Source of the DNA: Anaerolineae bacterium
GTDB lineage: Bacteria > Chloroflexota > Anaerolineae > UBA2200
DNA length: 39,223 nucleotides
Reading direction: 5' to 3'
NCBI GenBank assembly: GCA_041549915.1
Contig: JBFEPU010000002.1
Coordinates: 1-39,223, forward strand
Shown: positions 27,929-37,041 of the stretch, piece by piece
Layout of the letters: each line of letters begins with the position of its first letter
Position numbering within the stretch: position 1 is the stretch's first letter
Notes under the pieces: model-generated
What the model saw: the letters and a program-made list of their open reading frames with translations, nothing else
Database searches by the model: none
What the model was told of the DNA's origin: nothing
Made by a program: the position numbers and the translations under genes

Positions 27929-29463
27929 GCTGCCTCCGGCGTGGGCGTTCTATGCGCACCAGCCATCATCATCCCAATGATCTCCAGATCAGCTTCCTCG
28001 GCTGGCACGATGCCCATGATCTCTCCTTCGAACATTACAGCAATGCGGTCGCTGAGCTGCAGCACTTCCTCCAAATCCTCCGAAACCACCAGCACCGCTG
28101 TCCCCTGCTCTCGTTGTTCGAGGAGGAGCTGCCGGATCGACTCGGTGGCACCCACATCCAATCCACTAGTGGGATGTGCTGCGATGAGTAGAGTTGGAGC
28201 CTGGCACGTTTCGCGGGCCAGGATCACGCGCTGAATGTTGCCGCCGGACAACAATCTGACCGGTGTCTCCCGGCTGGGTGCTGTCACCGAATACTGAGTC
28301 GCCAAACGGTCCGCGTGCGCGTTGATCGCTGCGTAGTTCAGAAACGCCCCCTGGGCAAAAGGCGGGTCGCGGTAATCCTTCAGAATAAGGTTCTCAGCCA
28401 CGCTCATCCCTGGGACCAGCCCGACCAGCCGCTCGCCAGGGACGTAGCAGATGCCTTGTTCGATCAGAGTTCGCGGTGGCTGGTTGGTCACGTCTTTTTC
28501 CCCCACAAGGACCTGGCCCTCGGTGCTCCGGCGCAGGCCCACCAAGGCTTCGACCAGCTCCCGCTGCCCGTTGCCCGCTACTCCAGCAATGCCCAAGATC
28601 TCGCCTGCTGAGACATCGAACGATACGTTCTTGACCGCTGGCAGAGCTCTGTCATTCAGTGCGTGTAGGCCCTTCACCGTGAGTACGCTCTGGCCGACTT
28701 GGGGTGGCTTCTTCTCCAGGCGGAAGAGAACCTCCCGCCCGACCATCAGTCGAGCAAGTCTGGGCTTGTCCGTGCGGGCCGTTTCCTGCGTGGCTACTAC
28801 TTTCCCTTGGCGGAGCACCGTCACCCGGTCGCTGATGTCAAAGACTTCGTCCAGCTTGTGCGTGATGAAGATGATCGTGTGTTCCTCGGCTGCCATACGA
28901 CGAACGATGCTCAGCAAATCATCGATCTCACCTGGGGTGAGCATCGATGTTGGTTCATCGAGTATGAGTATTTCTGCACCCCGGTAGAGTGCCTTGACAA
29001 TCTCCACCCGCTGTTGCTCGCCGGCCGACAACTGCCAGATGCGCGCTTCAGGATCTATGCTGAGGCCATACTTCTCGGAGAATTCCTCCAGCTTGCGGCG
29101 TGCGGCGCGGTCCGGGAAGAGAAGATTTCCAGGCAGCCCGAGCACCACGTTCTCAGCCACGCTGTGTGTGGGAACGAGTCGATACTGCTGGTGGACCATC
29201 CCGATGCCCAAGTCGATCGCATCGCGCGGCGAGCGAATCGTCACCTTTTGTCCTCGGACGTAAATTTCGCCCTCATCGGGGTGATAGATGCCGTACAGGA
29301 TATTCATCAAGGTCGTCTTGCCAGCGCCGTTCTCTCCCAGCAGAGCATGAACCTCGCCAACGCCCGCTTCGAAGGAAATGTCGTCATTGGCCAGCACACC
29401 AGGGAAACGTTTGACAATGCCGCGCATTGCTACCGCGATGTCTTGTCCTGGCTGGTTGGGCAC
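27925..29463 (-). CDS. ABC transporter ATP-binding protein with duplicated NBDs (RbsA/YufO-like)
   Basis: NBD1 has GENGAGKTT, LSAGEQQRVEI and LILDEPTS. NBD2 has GVAGNGQ, LSGGNIQRV and LIAAHPTSGLD. The GTG at 29463 lies 6 nt after AAGGAG. The track extension to 29661 overlaps the SBP gene and was rejected. Confidence 0.9.
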   Translation of the reverse strand: MPNQPGQDIAVAMRGIVKRFPGVLANDDISFEAGVGEVHALLGENGAGKTTLMNILYGIYHPDEGEIYVRGQKVTIRSPRDAIDLGIGMVHQQYRLVPTHSVAENVVLGLPGNLLFPDRAARRKLEEFSEKYGLSIDPEARIWQLSAGEQQRVEIVKALYRGAEILILDEPTSMLTPGEIDDLLSIVRRMAAEEHTIIFITHKLDEVFDISDRVTVLRQGKVVATQETARTDKPRLARLMVGREVLFRLEKKPPQVGQSVLTVKGLHALNDRALPAVKNVSFDVSAGEILGIAGVAGNGQRELVEALVGLRRSTEGQVLVGEKDVTNQPPRTLIEQGICYVPGERLVGLVPGMSVAENLILKDYRDPPFAQGAFLNYAAINAHADRLATQYSVTAPSRETPVRLLSGGNIQRVILARETCQAPTLLIAAHPTSGLDVGATESIRQLLLEQREQGTAVLVVSEDLEEVLQLSDRIAVMFEGEIMGIVPAEEADLEIIGMMMAGAHRTPTPEAA

Positions 29464-29560
29464 GTTGTACTCCTTGTTGTGTGTCCAAGATAGAGCAGGG
29501 GGCACTTCAGAAGTGTCCCCTGCTCTGTTGTTGCTGGGGCTGCCTGGCAGTCGCTCCTGG

Positions 29561-30814
29561 TCAGCGCGGAATGCTCCCGATATTGCCCTCCACGAACCAA
29601 TCCATGACCAGCAACTCACCGACGGACATGCGATTGCCAGCCGCAACGCGTTCCACTCCATCCTGATCCTTGATCGGGCCGGTGAAGGGGTCGAACAGCA
29701 TCGCTGGATCGCTCATCTGCTCAACACGCTTCATGGCCAAGTCGTATACGCTCAGCTCACCGAGCATAGGATCAGCGACCTCGACTGCTTTCAGCGCCTC
29801 CTCGAACTTGGGGTTGATGGCATGGTCGAACGATCCGCCCAGTATCGCCCCCTTCTCACGCATCAGCCACCAGTAGTCCACGTTCTCCAGATTCTGATTG
29901 TTGTAGACACCCAGGTAGACCTTCATCAGGATGTCTTGGTAGACAATGCCCCAGTCCACCAACTGGCCGCTCACGGCAGAATCCGGTCCGAAGTCTTCCA
30001 TGGGGCTGTAATGGCTGAAGCTGTAAACGGGCTCACCTCTTTCCACATACTCCTGACCCACCTGAACCACCGTGGGGGAGTCCTCGGTGAAGGCGAGGAC
30101 GTCAGCTCCATCGGCAATCAGGGCCTCAGCCGCTTCGCGGGCTTTGGCTGGATCGTACCAGGCGAACAGCCAGCGCACATCGACCGTGGCTTCAGGATTC
30201 ACCTCGCGGACGCCGAGGGTGAAGGCATCGATGTGCCGCACCACCTCGGGGATGGGATGTGCCCCCACATAGCCGACTTTTCCGCTCTGGGTCAATGCGC
30301 CAGCCATCAGGCCGTTCAAGTAGTAGAGTTGGTAGAAGTCAATGAAGTAGGTGCCGCTGTTGGGTGCGCGTTTGAACCCGGAACAGTGGAAGAAGATCGT
30401 TTCCGGGTACTTGTTGGCGGCAGCTATGGTGCCGTCCATGAACCCGAAGCTGGTTGTAAAGACCACGTCGCAGCCCTCTTCCACCACGAATCGGTCCAGG
30501 AAACGCTCAGCATCTGCCTCGGGCACCGCCTCAGCATAGGCCGTCTCCAACCAGGGGAACTGGTTCTCTACAAAGAGGCGGCCCTCATTGTGGGCGTTAG
30601 ACCAGCCATAGTCGCCGATCGGTCCGACGTAGATGAAACAGGCCTTTAGTTTCCTCTCAGCAGCAGGAACTTCGCGGGTGACTTCTACTTCGCGAGTAAC
30701 TTCCTTCAATCCAGGCTCTGGTGTCGGGCCCGGCGCAGGAGCACAGGCCGATAGCCCCATCACTATCACGAGTGCGACCGTCATCGTCGCCCATAGCTTT
30801 CTGTTCCCCAACAT
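29561..30814 (-). CDS. BMP-family (PnrA/Med-like) ABC substrate-binding lipoprotein
   Basis: The ATG at 30814 lies 7 nt after AGGAGG. Lipobox GLSAC. Sequence KACFIYVGPIGDYGWSNAHNEG...GYVGAHPIPEV is typical of basic membrane protein SBPs. Confidence 0.9.
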   Translation of the reverse strand: MLGNRKLWATMTVALVIVMGLSACAPAPGPTPEPGLKEVTREVEVTREVPAAERKLKACFIYVGPIGDYGWSNAHNEGRLFVENQFPWLETAYAEAVPEADAERFLDRFVVEEGCDVVFTTSFGFMDGTIAAANKYPETIFFHCSGFKRAPNSGTYFIDFYQLYYLNGLMAGALTQSGKVGYVGAHPIPEVVRHIDAFTLGVREVNPEATVDVRWLFAWYDPAKAREAAEALIADGADVLAFTEDSPTVVQVGQEYVERGEPVYSFSHYSPMEDFGPDSAVSGQLVDWGIVYQDILMKVYLGVYNNQNLENVDYWWLMREKGAILGGSFDHAINPKFEEALKAVEVADPMLGELSVYDLAMKRVEQMSDPAMLFDPFTGPIKDQDGVERVAAGNRMSVGELLVMDWFVEGNIGSIPR

Positions 30815-31002
30815 TGGTCTTCTCCTCCTTGAATCCATTGGGCAGCCTGTGGCACAGATCACGACTCACCGAACCTCAGAATGTACTGTCCGAGTCATCA
30901 CCACCTTTCACATCGTGTCTGGAGTCTGTCCAAACCTCTCTCGTCACGCTTGTGCTGAGCATATCGCGAATAGCTGGGCACAACCGATACACAGCAGGCA
31001 AG

Positions 31003-32661
31003 TCAGGCCTTGCCAGGAGACTCTCTCTCCTTGTTAATCTCCTGATAAACCTCGAACCACGTAGAGAGTTCTGCTTTCCGCCGCTCCCCTTGCTGACGCC
31101 GCTGACTCTCGTTGTAGTCCTCAACTCTACGGAATATCTCGCGTTGCACCGCTTCGGGCTGAGGGACACCCTCGAAAGTGAATGTCCCGGAAGCCCCTGC
31201 TATCTGGATCAATACGTCCCCGTAGTTGAGGAGGGAGGTTAGGATACCCCGCTTGCTCAAGGACACGTTCTGGATCACATCCAGAGTGGCCTGCTTGCGG
31301 TCCTCCGCGAAGAAGAGAGGCCTTTTCTCAATGTCGATGATCAACCGATCGGTCACTATGTAAACGTCATTCCTCCAGTCCTCTACCTGCCACCACAGCC
31401 AGAAGATGCCAGCTATCCACAGCACAAGAGCAGCGGGAAGCAGCGGCAAACGGTATCGAGCAAGTCCACCATACAGACTGACCGTAATGAATGCTACGCT
31501 GACCAGAATCGCAAACGGCAGTGCTAGGTAGATGCGTTTGAGAAGGAATAGCCAATGCTTGCGCCATATGATCTGGTTGGCGTGGTTGTAGCGCATTCTC
31601 AACAGCGGTCGTCTGGACACGAAACGAGCCAGCGGGCCGAGCTTGGTCCTCGCCTGCTCTTCCGGAACCATTGCGGGGATGGCGTGTTCTTCTTCGGCCT
31701 CCTCGGCTCCCGATTGTCGCAAGAGTTCCTGTCTGATCTCATCCCGTTGCCCTTGCTGCATTCTCCAGCGCAGCTGTCCGACCTTCTTGAAGATCACCTC
31801 TTGCATGCCTTCCGGGTCCGGGACGTAGGGCAGTGCCAGCGTGCCACGAGCGCTGGCTGTCTGAATCTGCAGCGTACCGAACCCCAGCATACTGCCAGTG
31901 AATCCTCGTGTGATGTTGATGCTCTGGATTTTGGACAGTGGAACTTCATCCCAGGTCTGATAAAGAAGTAGTACTCTCTCCTCGTGTAGAACCCGTTTGG
32001 AGGTAACCAGGTAATAGTCATTTCGCCAGTCCAGCACAAGCCAGAGCAGCAACATGGCTGGTATGACGCTGACGAATAGCAGGGTGGATGGAATGGTCGT
32101 CAGGATGCCCACGCGCCGTAGCAGCCACGCGAAAGTACCCAGTACCAACAGGATGAGCACAGGAGCGGGCAAAGTACGTGCAAAGGCAAACCAATGCTTT
32201 CTGCGCAAGAGAAGTGTGGGTTCATCCTCGTCTTGCCAGGGGAGTGAGGGCGCAAGGAGACGCTCTCTGATGAGGGGGGGGATGGTGAGTTGCTGCTCGA
32301 TCTGGGGGTGCTCCGAGAGCAGTCGGTCGAAATCGTGCTTGCGGATGAACAGTACCTTAATGTCAGACGTAGCCTGCACGCAAGAGCCGTAGGCGTCTCC
32401 CAGAAGCAGGGCGTCTTCGCCGATGGACTCTCCCTCACGCATGTAGCCTACCGGCCTCTGGACACCTCTCAGGTCCGTTTGGCGGCGGATGGCTTCGCCC
32501 GAGTCGATGATATAGAGTGTGTCGCCATACTCGTCTTGTCGGCACAGGTAGCTGCCCCTGCGATGAGAACTCCTGGCCGCCAACTCGGCCACTCGCGCCA
32601 GGTTGTCAGGCGTCAGGGAAGAGAAGAGACGGACGTTCTTGAGGCGCGTCACCTTGTCCAT
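31003..32661 (-). CDS. Cyclic nucleotide-binding (CAP-effector-like) domain fused to two YdbT/YdbS-type bPH_2 membrane modules
   Basis: The N-terminus reads LFSSLTPDNLARVAELA...GDTLYIIDSGEA...REGESIGEDALLL. Two modules then follow, each with a TM hairpin plus DWRNDYYLVTSKRVL... or DWRNDVYIVTDRLII... and a downstream ...GFGTLQIQTAS or ...NYGDVLIQIAG. Confidence 0.8.
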   Translation of the reverse strand: MDKVTRLKNVRLFSSLTPDNLARVAELAARSSHRRGSYLCRQDEYGDTLYIIDSGEAIRRQTDLRGVQRPVGYMREGESIGEDALLLGDAYGSCVQATSDIKVLFIRKHDFDRLLSEHPQIEQQLTIPPLIRERLLAPSLPWQDEDEPTLLLRRKHWFAFARTLPAPVLILLVLGTFAWLLRRVGILTTIPSTLLFVSVIPAMLLLWLVLDWRNDYYLVTSKRVLHEERVLLLYQTWDEVPLSKIQSINITRGFTGSMLGFGTLQIQTASARGTLALPYVPDPEGMQEVIFKKVGQLRWRMQQGQRDEIRQELLRQSGAEEAEEEHAIPAMVPEEQARTKLGPLARFVSRRPLLRMRYNHANQIIWRKHWLFLLKRIYLALPFAILVSVAFITVSLYGGLARYRLPLLPAALVLWIAGIFWLWWQVEDWRNDVYIVTDRLIIDIEKRPLFFAEDRKQATLDVIQNVSLSKRGILTSLLNYGDVLIQIAGASGTFTFEGVPQPEAVQREIFRRVEDYNESQRRQQGERRKAELSTWFEVYQEINKERESPGKA

Positions 32662-32691
32662 ACGTCCCGTTCCTCTACCGGTGCTGGGTCT

Positions 32692-32720
32692 ATTCTACCA
32701 TGAGAAGCAGAGTGCGGCAA
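32692..32720 (-). promoter_or_regulatory. Extended -10 promoter for the cNMP/bPH_2 gene
   Basis: Minus strand reads TTGCCG (32720-32715), a 17-nt spacer, then TGgTAGAAT with TAGAAT at 32697-32692. It lies about 30 nt upstream of the ATG at 32661. Confidence 0.45.
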
Positions 32721-32863
32721 AAGCGATAGTGCATGCGATCACAGAGGTTGAGCTTGCCCAACGCTGATTCATGGAGATTTCTCCACATGGGGCGCTGGGC
32801 TCGAGAGGAGCGTGCGCTGGTGGGCACAAGCGCAGCGAGTCCGCAGGCGGGTTGCGATACAGT

Positions 32864-32891
32864 AAAAGACCGGCCAAGCGACCGGTCTTTT
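32864..32891. terminator. Bidirectional A/T-flanked hairpin terminator downstream of tRNA-Val
   Basis: AAAAGACCGG (32864-32873) pairs perfectly with CCGGTCTTTT (32882-32891) around an 8-nt loop. It lies 26 nt after the tRNA 3' end. Confidence 0.65.
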
Positions 32892-32916
32892 GCAGTTCTT
32901 GCCCGAACAGATTCAG

Positions 32917-32990
32917 TGGGCAAGATAGGACTCGAACCTACGACCTCCACGATGTCAACGTGGCGCTCTAACCAACTGAGCTACTTGCCC
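32917..32990 (-). tRNA. tRNA-Val (anticodon GAC)
   Basis: The reverse complement reads GGGCAAG-TA-GCTC-AGTTGGTTA-GAGC-G-CCACG-TTGACAT-CGTGG-AGGTC-GTAGG-TTCGAGT-CCTAT-CTTGCCC-A. It forms a perfect 7-bp acceptor stem and has a TTCGA T-loop. The 3' CCA is not encoded. Confidence 0.93.
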
Positions 32991-33001
32991 TCGACACGAC
33001 A

Positions 33002-33029
33002 ATTATAGCGTAAAAAGCGCCTTTGGCAA
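33002..33029 (-). promoter_or_regulatory. Promoter of tRNA-Val
   Basis: Minus strand reads TTGCCA (33029-33024), a 16-nt spacer, then TATAAT (33007-33002), ending 11 nt before the mature tRNA 5' end. Confidence 0.5.
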
Positions 33030-33033
33030 ATCC

Positions 33034-34302
33034 TCACTTCAGGCTCAAGCGCGCCCGAAAACCCTCGTCTTCTTCGAATGGTCCGATGGCTGCCAGGCTC
33101 AACCCTTCCGTGGCAAACAGGCGCTTTGCCACCGCTTGCACGTCTTGAGAGGTTACAGCGTCCAGCTGGTCGATCACCTGATCCACGGTCAGTACTTCCT
33201 GATCCAGCACTTCCTGCTGCCCGAACCACTGAGCATTGGCAAAGGTGTCCTCCATGCGCAGCAGGATACGGCCCTTGGTGAATTCTTTGGCCTTGCTCAG
33301 TTCCGCCTCCGGCACTCTCGTCTGGCGCAGGCGGTCCAATTGCTCCATCATGGCATCGACGACGTCCTCAGCCTTCTGGGGTGGAACGCCAGCATAGAGA
33401 ACGACAGCCCCGCTATCACGCAGGTAGGAGGCATACGAGCCTACACTGTAGGCCAGGCCGCGTCTCTCACGTATCTCCAGGAACAACCTCGAGCTCATGC
33501 CCTCCCCCAGGATTACATTCAGGACGCGCAGCTTGAAGCGGTCCGGGTCTTTCATGGACAGGCCCCGCGTGCCCACGCAGAGATGCGCTTGCTCTGTGTT
33601 CCTGTTTTCGATGCGAAGGCTTGGACCTGGTGGTGCTGCGGTCGCGGGCAGAAAAGGACGGGCAGACCTGGGCGCCCATGATTCCAGTTCCTGCACTAGT
33701 TGCTGGAGCACCTGGTCGTGATCCAACTTGCCAGCCAGGCTGATCACTGTGTTTCCAGGAGTGTATGTGCTCGCGATATAGTCCAGCATATCCTGGCGTT
33801 TGATACCTGTCACTGACTCTTTGGTGCCCGCAATCTCCCAACCTATCGGGTGTTCAGGCCATACCATCTGCGCGATCAGCACGTGTACCCAAGAGTCGGG
33901 CATGTCCATCAGACCGCTGATCTCCTGGATAATGACCTGTCGCTCTCTCTCTAGCTGCTGTGGCTCGAGCTTGGAGTGACGGAACAGGTCCAGCAGCACG
34001 TCAAGGGCGACAGGCAAATGGTGATGTGCAACTTTGGCCCAGTAGGTAGTCACTTCATTGTTGGTGTTGGCATTCATCACGCCGCCCAGACCCTCGATAG
34101 CCTCGGCGATCTGCTGGGCGTCGGGGCGGCGTTCTGTACCCTTGAACATCATGTGTTCGACAAAGTGGGACATACCTCTCTCGGCCGCGGTTTCGTAGCG
34201 TGACCCCACGCCTGTGAAGATGCCCACGCCCACTGATCGGGTGTGGGGCATGAGAGTGGTCAGGATGCGTAGACCGCTATCTAATACAGTCTTGCGATAC
34301 AC
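33034..34302 (-). CDS. M16 family (pitrilysin/insulinase-like) zinc metallopeptidase
   Basis: HxxEH zinc motif in GMSHFVEHMMFKGT. The GTG start at 34302 lies 5 nt after AAGGAG. Length is 422 aa. Confidence 0.9.
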   Translation of the reverse strand: MYRKTVLDSGLRILTTLMPHTRSVGVGIFTGVGSRYETAAERGMSHFVEHMMFKGTERRPDAQQIAEAIEGLGGVMNANTNNEVTTYWAKVAHHHLPVALDVLLDLFRHSKLEPQQLERERQVIIQEISGLMDMPDSWVHVLIAQMVWPEHPIGWEIAGTKESVTGIKRQDMLDYIASTYTPGNTVISLAGKLDHDQVLQQLVQELESWAPRSARPFLPATAAPPGPSLRIENRNTEQAHLCVGTRGLSMKDPDRFKLRVLNVILGEGMSSRLFLEIRERRGLAYSVGSYASYLRDSGAVVLYAGVPPQKAEDVVDAMMEQLDRLRQTRVPEAELSKAKEFTKGRILLRMEDTFANAQWFGQQEVLDQEVLTVDQVIDQLDAVTSQDVQAVAKRLFATEGLSLAAIGPFEEDEGFRARLSLK

Positions 34303-34380
34303 AGTTGCTCCTTAGTTTTGACTTTGCATCCACTACAATGCAGACGCCCGCCGAGCAGACCCTTGCCAGACCTTGAGGGG

Positions 34381-37041
34381 CTACCGCATGAACACTTCCG
34401 GCAGGATCAGCAGACCTGTTGTGGCAATGGCCACGACGATAAGCCAGTCAGACCCGTTCAGCGGAACGGTCTTGAACAAAGGCTGCAGGAAGGGCAGGTA
34501 GAGTACAGCCACTTGAAGCAGCAAGGAAAGGACTACCGCGAATACAAGCTGCCTGTTCTCGAACGGATTGCTTCTGAACACCGAGCGTTTCTCAGATCTG
34601 CAGTTGAAGACAAATAACAGCTCGAACACGACAGTCGAGGTGAAGATGATGGTCCGCAGCCTCTCCAAGCTGATGAAGCTCGTGTTCTTCCAGTAGAGGA
34701 TCAGCAACAGGTTCGCCGAGAAGGCAACCAGTCCCGCGGCCAGAACGAACAGCAGCATGCCATGGAAGATGCCTTCCTTCGGGCTTCGCGGCTTGCGCTC
34801 CATGATATCTTTCTCGTAGGGATCAAAGCTGAGGGCGAGTGCTGGCAAGCCATCGCTCACGACGTTCAACCACAAGACCTGGATGGGCAACATTGGTACA
34901 GGAAGCCTGAGCAAGATCGCGCTGGCCACCAAGAGGATCTCATCCAGGTTCGTACTGAGCAGCAGGCGTATGAACTTTCTGATATTATCGTAGATCCCGC
35001 GCCCTTCCTCCACGGCGTTGACGATAGTGGCAAAGTTGTCGTCGGCCAGGATCATGTCCGATGCTTCGCGGGTAACGTCGGTTCCCTTGATGCCCATTGA
35101 GATCCCGATGTCCGCCCCTTTGATTGCCGGGGCATCGTTGACGCCATCTCCGGTCATGGCAACGACGTGACCCTTTTTCTGCAAGGCCTCGAGGATTCTC
35201 ACTTTATGTTCAGGGGATGTGCGGGCAAAGACGGAGATGTTCTCAACTTCTGCGTCCAGCACCTGCTGGCTCATTCGGTCGAGCTCAACTCCGGTGACGA
35301 CTCGCCCGCCTTTTTCCAGCATCCCGATTTCCTCGGCAATTGCCTTGGCCGTCAGGTCATGATCGCCGGTGATCATGACAGGCCGGATGCCAGCTCTTTT
35401 GGTGGTGGCGATTGCCTCTTTGACCCCTGGCTTGGGAGGGTCAATCATGCCGACCACTCCCACAAGAATCAGGTCTTGTTCCACTTCGTCAGAGCTAAAC
35501 TCTGTCCCAGGCGGGATCTCTCGGTAGCCAAGTGCGAGAACGCGCAGAGCGTCTGACGCCATGTCCTCAACCGTCTGCTGGAACCATTCCCTGTCTTCCT
35601 CGTTCAGCTCCCTGATCTGTCCGTTTTCGTGCACAAACCTCGACAACTCCAGCATGATTTCCGGAGCGCCCTTGACGTACGCCATCCTACGGCCGTCTGC
35701 TTCGTGTATTGTTGTCATCCGCTTTCTGGTGGAGTCGAAGGGTATCTCGGCAATCAGCGGATTCGCCTCTAGCAGGTCCTCCCTCCAGATTCCAGCCTTG
35801 CCGGCCAGTGTCAGCAGAGCGCCTTCTGTTGGATCACCGACCACGGACCATCCCTCAGCGTTGCCCAACGAAGCATGGTTGCACAGGCAGCCTATCCTCA
35901 GCAAAGGCCACAGCCCGCTTTGCTTCTCTGGATCAACCGTGTTTCCATTCCTGAAGAACTTGCCGTTCGGTTCGTACCCGGTGCCGCTGATATCGAGACA
36001 GCACTCGCCGTTGACAAAGACTCGCGTGACGGTCATCTCATCTTTGGTCAGGGTGCCTGTCTTGTCAGAGCAGATCACGGTGGTGCTGCCCAGCGTTTCG
36101 ACGCTCGCCAGTCGGCGGACGATGGCATTTCTGTTCGACATGGCTCGAACCCCTAATGCCAGGGCTACAGTGACCACCGCCGGCAATCCTTCTGGAACAG
36201 CCGAGACGGCCAGGGCGACAGCAAGGATGAAGCTTTCGAGGATTGGCTCACCCCTAAAGATGGCCAAGGCAAACAGCACCGCGCTGATCGCCAAGACAAC
36301 GACTGCGAGCGTGATTCCAAGGGCTCTCAGCCTCAACTGAAGAGGCGTAGGCTCCTCTCTCACTTCCTGGATCCGCTCGGCGATCTTCCCAAATTCGGTT
36401 TCCATCCCGGTGGCCACAACCACTCCCACGCCCCTGCCGTAGGTCGCCACCGTTCCGGAGTATGCCACGTTCTCGCGATCGGCCAAGGCTGTGTCTTCCG
36501 GCAGAGGTTCGACAAACTTAGCCGAGGGTACGCTCTCACCCGTAAGCAGTGCTTCTTCAATGTTCAGGTTCATCGCTTCGAGCAGTCTCGCATCTGCCGC
36601 AATGCGATCGCCGGATTCGAACAGCAGGATATCGCCTGGTACAACGTCTCGCGCTGGAACTATGGCTTCCTGCCCGTCTCTGACAACCGTTGCTCTGGGT
36701 GCGGCAAGCCGCTTCAGTGCTTCAATTGCCTTCTCCGCTCTGTACTCCTGAACAAAGCCCAATACGGCATTCAGAATGAGTATGGCGGCAATGATGACGG
36801 CATCTGTGATCTCACCCAGGAGGAATGAGATGCCGGACGCAACGATCAGGATGATCACCAAAAAGCTCTTGAACTGGTTTACAAAGATCTCAAAAGCAGT
36901 GATCCCCCGTTCCTTCCTGAGCTCGTTGAGGCCGTATTGCTCAAGCCTTCTCTGGGCTTCTTCCTCCGTCAGACCTCTCTCAGAGGAATCGAGTGATCTC
37001 AGGACTTGAAGAGCTTCGATGCTATGATACTTCTCGCTCAT
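34381..37041 (-). CDS. Cation-transporting P-type ATPase, P2 (Ca2+-ATPase-like)
   Basis: Motifs LTGES, VPEGLPAVVTVALA (TM4), the phosphorylation site CSDKTGTLT, MITGDH and TGDGVNDAPA. The ATG at 37041 (MSEKYHS) follows GAGGGGAG. The track extension to 37122 was rejected. Confidence 0.93.
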   Translation of the reverse strand: MSEKYHSIEALQVLRSLDSSERGLTEEEAQRRLEQYGLNELRKERGITAFEIFVNQFKSFLVIILIVASGISFLLGEITDAVIIAAILILNAVLGFVQEYRAEKAIEALKRLAAPRATVVRDGQEAIVPARDVVPGDILLFESGDRIAADARLLEAMNLNIEEALLTGESVPSAKFVEPLPEDTALADRENVAYSGTVATYGRGVGVVVATGMETEFGKIAERIQEVREEPTPLQLRLRALGITLAVVVLAISAVLFALAIFRGEPILESFILAVALAVSAVPEGLPAVVTVALALGVRAMSNRNAIVRRLASVETLGSTTVICSDKTGTLTKDEMTVTRVFVNGECCLDISGTGYEPNGKFFRNGNTVDPEKQSGLWPLLRIGCLCNHASLGNAEGWSVVGDPTEGALLTLAGKAGIWREDLLEANPLIAEIPFDSTRKRMTTIHEADGRRMAYVKGAPEIMLELSRFVHENGQIRELNEEDREWFQQTVEDMASDALRVLALGYREIPPGTEFSSDEVEQDLILVGVVGMIDPPKPGVKEAIATTKRAGIRPVMITGDHDLTAKAIAEEIGMLEKGGRVVTGVELDRMSQQVLDAEVENISVFARTSPEHKVRILEALQKKGHVVAMTGDGVNDAPAIKGADIGISMGIKGTDVTREASDMILADDNFATIVNAVEEGRGIYDNIRKFIRLLLSTNLDEILLVASAILLRLPVPMLPIQVLWLNVVSDGLPALALSFDPYEKDIMERKPRSPKEGIFHGMLLFVLAAGLVAFSANLLLILYWKNTSFISLERLRTIIFTSTVVFELLFVFNCRSEKRSVFRSNPFENRQLVFAVVLSLLLQVAVLYLPFLQPLFKTVPLNGSDWLIVVAIATTGLLILPEVFMR

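Noticed and set aside
29464-29661. N-terminal extensions of track ORFs. The extended starts are 29661 for the ABC ATPase, 30862 for the SBP, 14213 for murA, 12881 for mreB, 37122 for the ATPase, 38007 for the TPR protein, 24757 for DUF4349 and 15781 for GH-A.
   Set aside because: The track takes the longest ATG/GTG/TTG frame. In each case a downstream start follows a good SD, and most of those also restore a normal family N-terminus or lipobox. Several extensions would overlap the upstream gene.
30815-31002. Possible riboswitch (ZTP/pfl-like TGACTCGGAC ... GGCTGCCCA) in the 188-nt leader region of the BMP importer operon.
   Set aside because: It resembles the pfl consensus (TGACTGGCG ... CCGCCTGGGCA) only loosely. 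The 3' pseudoknot segment does not match, and I could not build the P1/P2/P3 pairings by eye. An Infernal scan is needed before any claim.
31003-32661. The idea that the cNMP-plus-TM protein is a Pycsar/CBASS-type defence effector.
   Set aside because: No nucleotide cyclase or CD-NTase gene is adjacent; the neighbours are an ABC importer and a tRNA. The TM parts are bPH_2 modules, not the simple TM bundles described for those effectors. I kept it as an architecture finding only.
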